Shown one piece after another: positions 62,080 to 64,000 of a stretch of 64,000 nucleotides of DNA. The DNA is from Selaginella moellendorffii (taxonomy: Eukaryota > Plantae > Lycopodiophyta), in NCBI RefSeq assembly GCF_000143415.4, contig NW_003314269.1, positions 3,602,673-3,666,672 on the forward strand, given 5' to 3'. Within the stretch, counting starts at the first letter, position 1. Every line of letters begins with the position of its first letter. Both the position numbers and the translations under genes were made by a program. Below the pieces are notes generated by a model. It made no database searches. It had not been told where the DNA came from and saw nothing but the letters and a program-made list of their open reading frames with translations.

Positions 62080-63760
62080 ATAAAAAACTATGTTATTTAT
62101 TTCTATATTTAATCTTTGGCATCCACAATAGCAAATTTATCACATCTCCAAATCCATCACAATTTCTTGGTGGTGCAAGTTACTTTTGATGTTTCATTTT
62201 TTGTTATGCAATGATGACCCAACCGCTGTAGCAATTTCTTTACAAGGATGCTCTTTTGAGTGGAGAATGGATGTAAATATTACCCTCAATGCCTTGAAAA
62301 AGGTTCTATTTGCAACTTTAGTACTCCAACTCTTAAATTTTATCTAATGATTCCATCTTTTCATTCAGCTCTTGGATACAATGTATTCAATTGATATCTA
62401 TCAACTAGTGATAAAAATGTGATACATAGTATTTATTTCTTCATAAATAACTTATCATCTCTTTTGGATTAATAAATAGAGCTGAATTGTTATACTATAG
62501 TTATTGTCTACTATTGTTTTTTGCCGAAGAGGATAATAATTCATAATCTCTTGATGTATTTGTTGGACAAGCCCATATTACAAAGTTGTTATGCTCATTG
62601 GATTCTCTAGCTATCTGAATTTGATTTCAAGATCAAGGTAGAGAAGTCTCAAATATTCAATCCCATTAGCTTTGGTTTTTCATTTTTAGATGACAATAAC
62701 ACTCATGACTTTGATATGCCTTGGAAACACTTCCAGATGATCAACTCTATTATGCTGATATGGTTCACCTCTAGTATGCCAACATTTTCAAGGCCAATCA
62801 CTCTTTTATCTCTCTATGTATGAGAAATGCAAAGTTCTCCAAACAACAACAAAGTAGGTCATTTTAAGACTCACAACAAAATAGTTGATGCAAGTTGGCT
62901 TTGTCACAAATGCTACAAAATATGCCTACAATACCAATAATTTAAAAGCACATCATTTAAGGCCAAGGTCCTTTGCATATTAGTTTCTGAAATATATAGG
63001 ATCCATTGTTCCTACAGGAAATAAATACCTATACATCATTATAGTGTGCATAAAGTGGGTTGAGGTCATTTTTGTTGTCTCCACAAACTAGATGGCCACT
63101 ATTAACTTCCTATATAATAACATATTGCAATATTAAAGTCCCTCGGCATTTCTCATCAGATTGCAAGTTTCATTTCATAAGGGAGGTCATACAAGAACTC
63201 TTCAACTTGCATGTTCACCACACTCACTCCAGTATTTGTTATTCATAGGGAAATGGCCAAACTGAGTGAATAAATCAAATTCTTAAGAATATTATTCGCA
63301 AGATGGTTAACTCTCATCTATATACTTAGCTACAACAATTATTTGATGCTTTGCGGTTTAGCCATGCAATTTAATTTTCTCTATAGTATGGAAGAAGTTA
63401 TTCCAATTCAACTAGAACTACTGACCTTTATAACATCTGCTATGGCTTCTACTACAAGCACGATGAACCAACTTGAACATCATTATTATCAACTTTTATG
63501 CCTTGGAAGAGTTTTGACATGTTATGACTCTCCACAATATGATGCTTTTTGACAAGCTTATATGCATAGTGAGCATCTAAAGGGGTGACTTGGTGAAACT
63601 TATTGACTTTGAGACTCCACATTGTCCCAAACTTATTGCTCCATGGCTGGGACCATTTTAGATAGAATTGAAAGTCCAAACTTGTACTAGCTCATGGATC
63701 TTGATGGCTGCTTACTACCAAATCCTTGCAATAGCACCCATCTTACTACTATTTGTAGTA
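62080..63760 (+). mobile_element. degenerate Ty3/gypsy RNase H-integrase relic
   Basis: FLGGASY.., WIL.LSEFDFKIKV, IKWVE, GNGQTE.INQILKNIIRKMV, FLYSMEEVIPIQLE, KLIAPWLGPF (GPY/F), LMDLDGCLLPNPCNSTHL. Confidence 0.8.
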
Positions 63761-64000
63761 GCCTAGGTTTAGCATACTTTCCAGCTTTTTTTATTCTTTT
63801 TTTTCTTGTGTTTAATAATATTTCAGATTCTCAATTTCTTCACAATAAATTATTTTGGATTCATAGTTCTAATTTTGTGCTAGTAATGTTTGTAACATGA
63901 CTTAACGTGATGATTGGCACATTCATTTTTAGTTTTTATATAGTGGCTTTCTATGTAAGAGCATCTCGACAAGAAACATTGATGACACCTTGAATCACAA

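Overview
Eukaryotic land-plant genomic DNA. The very high gene density, ~50-90 bp introns and gene content suggest a lycophyte such as Selaginella; this is inference. A GC-balanced gene island (~4.4-58 kb) is flanked by AT-rich, heavily decayed transposon relics: Ty3/gypsy at ~2-4.4 kb and ~62-63.8 kb, a hAT-like relic at ~61-62 kb, and an unclassified element carrying an array of 22-bp palindromes at 0.4-1.7 kb. Recognisable genes are a highly divergent C-terminal NAC-domain gene, a GT14 glycosyltransferase, a ROS3/NOL8-like RRM protein head-to-head with plastid Iojap/RsfS, an ABCB6/20-type transporter, a large Ig-like/multi-TM orphan protein, two intronless fungal-type FAD-linked (BBE/VAO-superfamily) oxidoreductases plus a scrambled third copy, a coiled-coil orphan, ZOP1, NHX5/6 with three U12 introns, TatD plus a deletion-riddled duplicate, KAS I, a VNS/VND-type NAC, RPP2, NAP1 and an RKD-type RWP-RK factor. 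The best candidates for something new are (i) the tandem, diversifying, secreted, fungal-like flavoenzyme array (possible horizontal acquisition) with its inverted mosaic pseudogene, (ii) the inverted-architecture NAC gene, (iii) the palindrome array and (iv) the Ig-like/TRP-Pkd2-like membrane protein. Exon boundaries were read by eye and no database searches were run.
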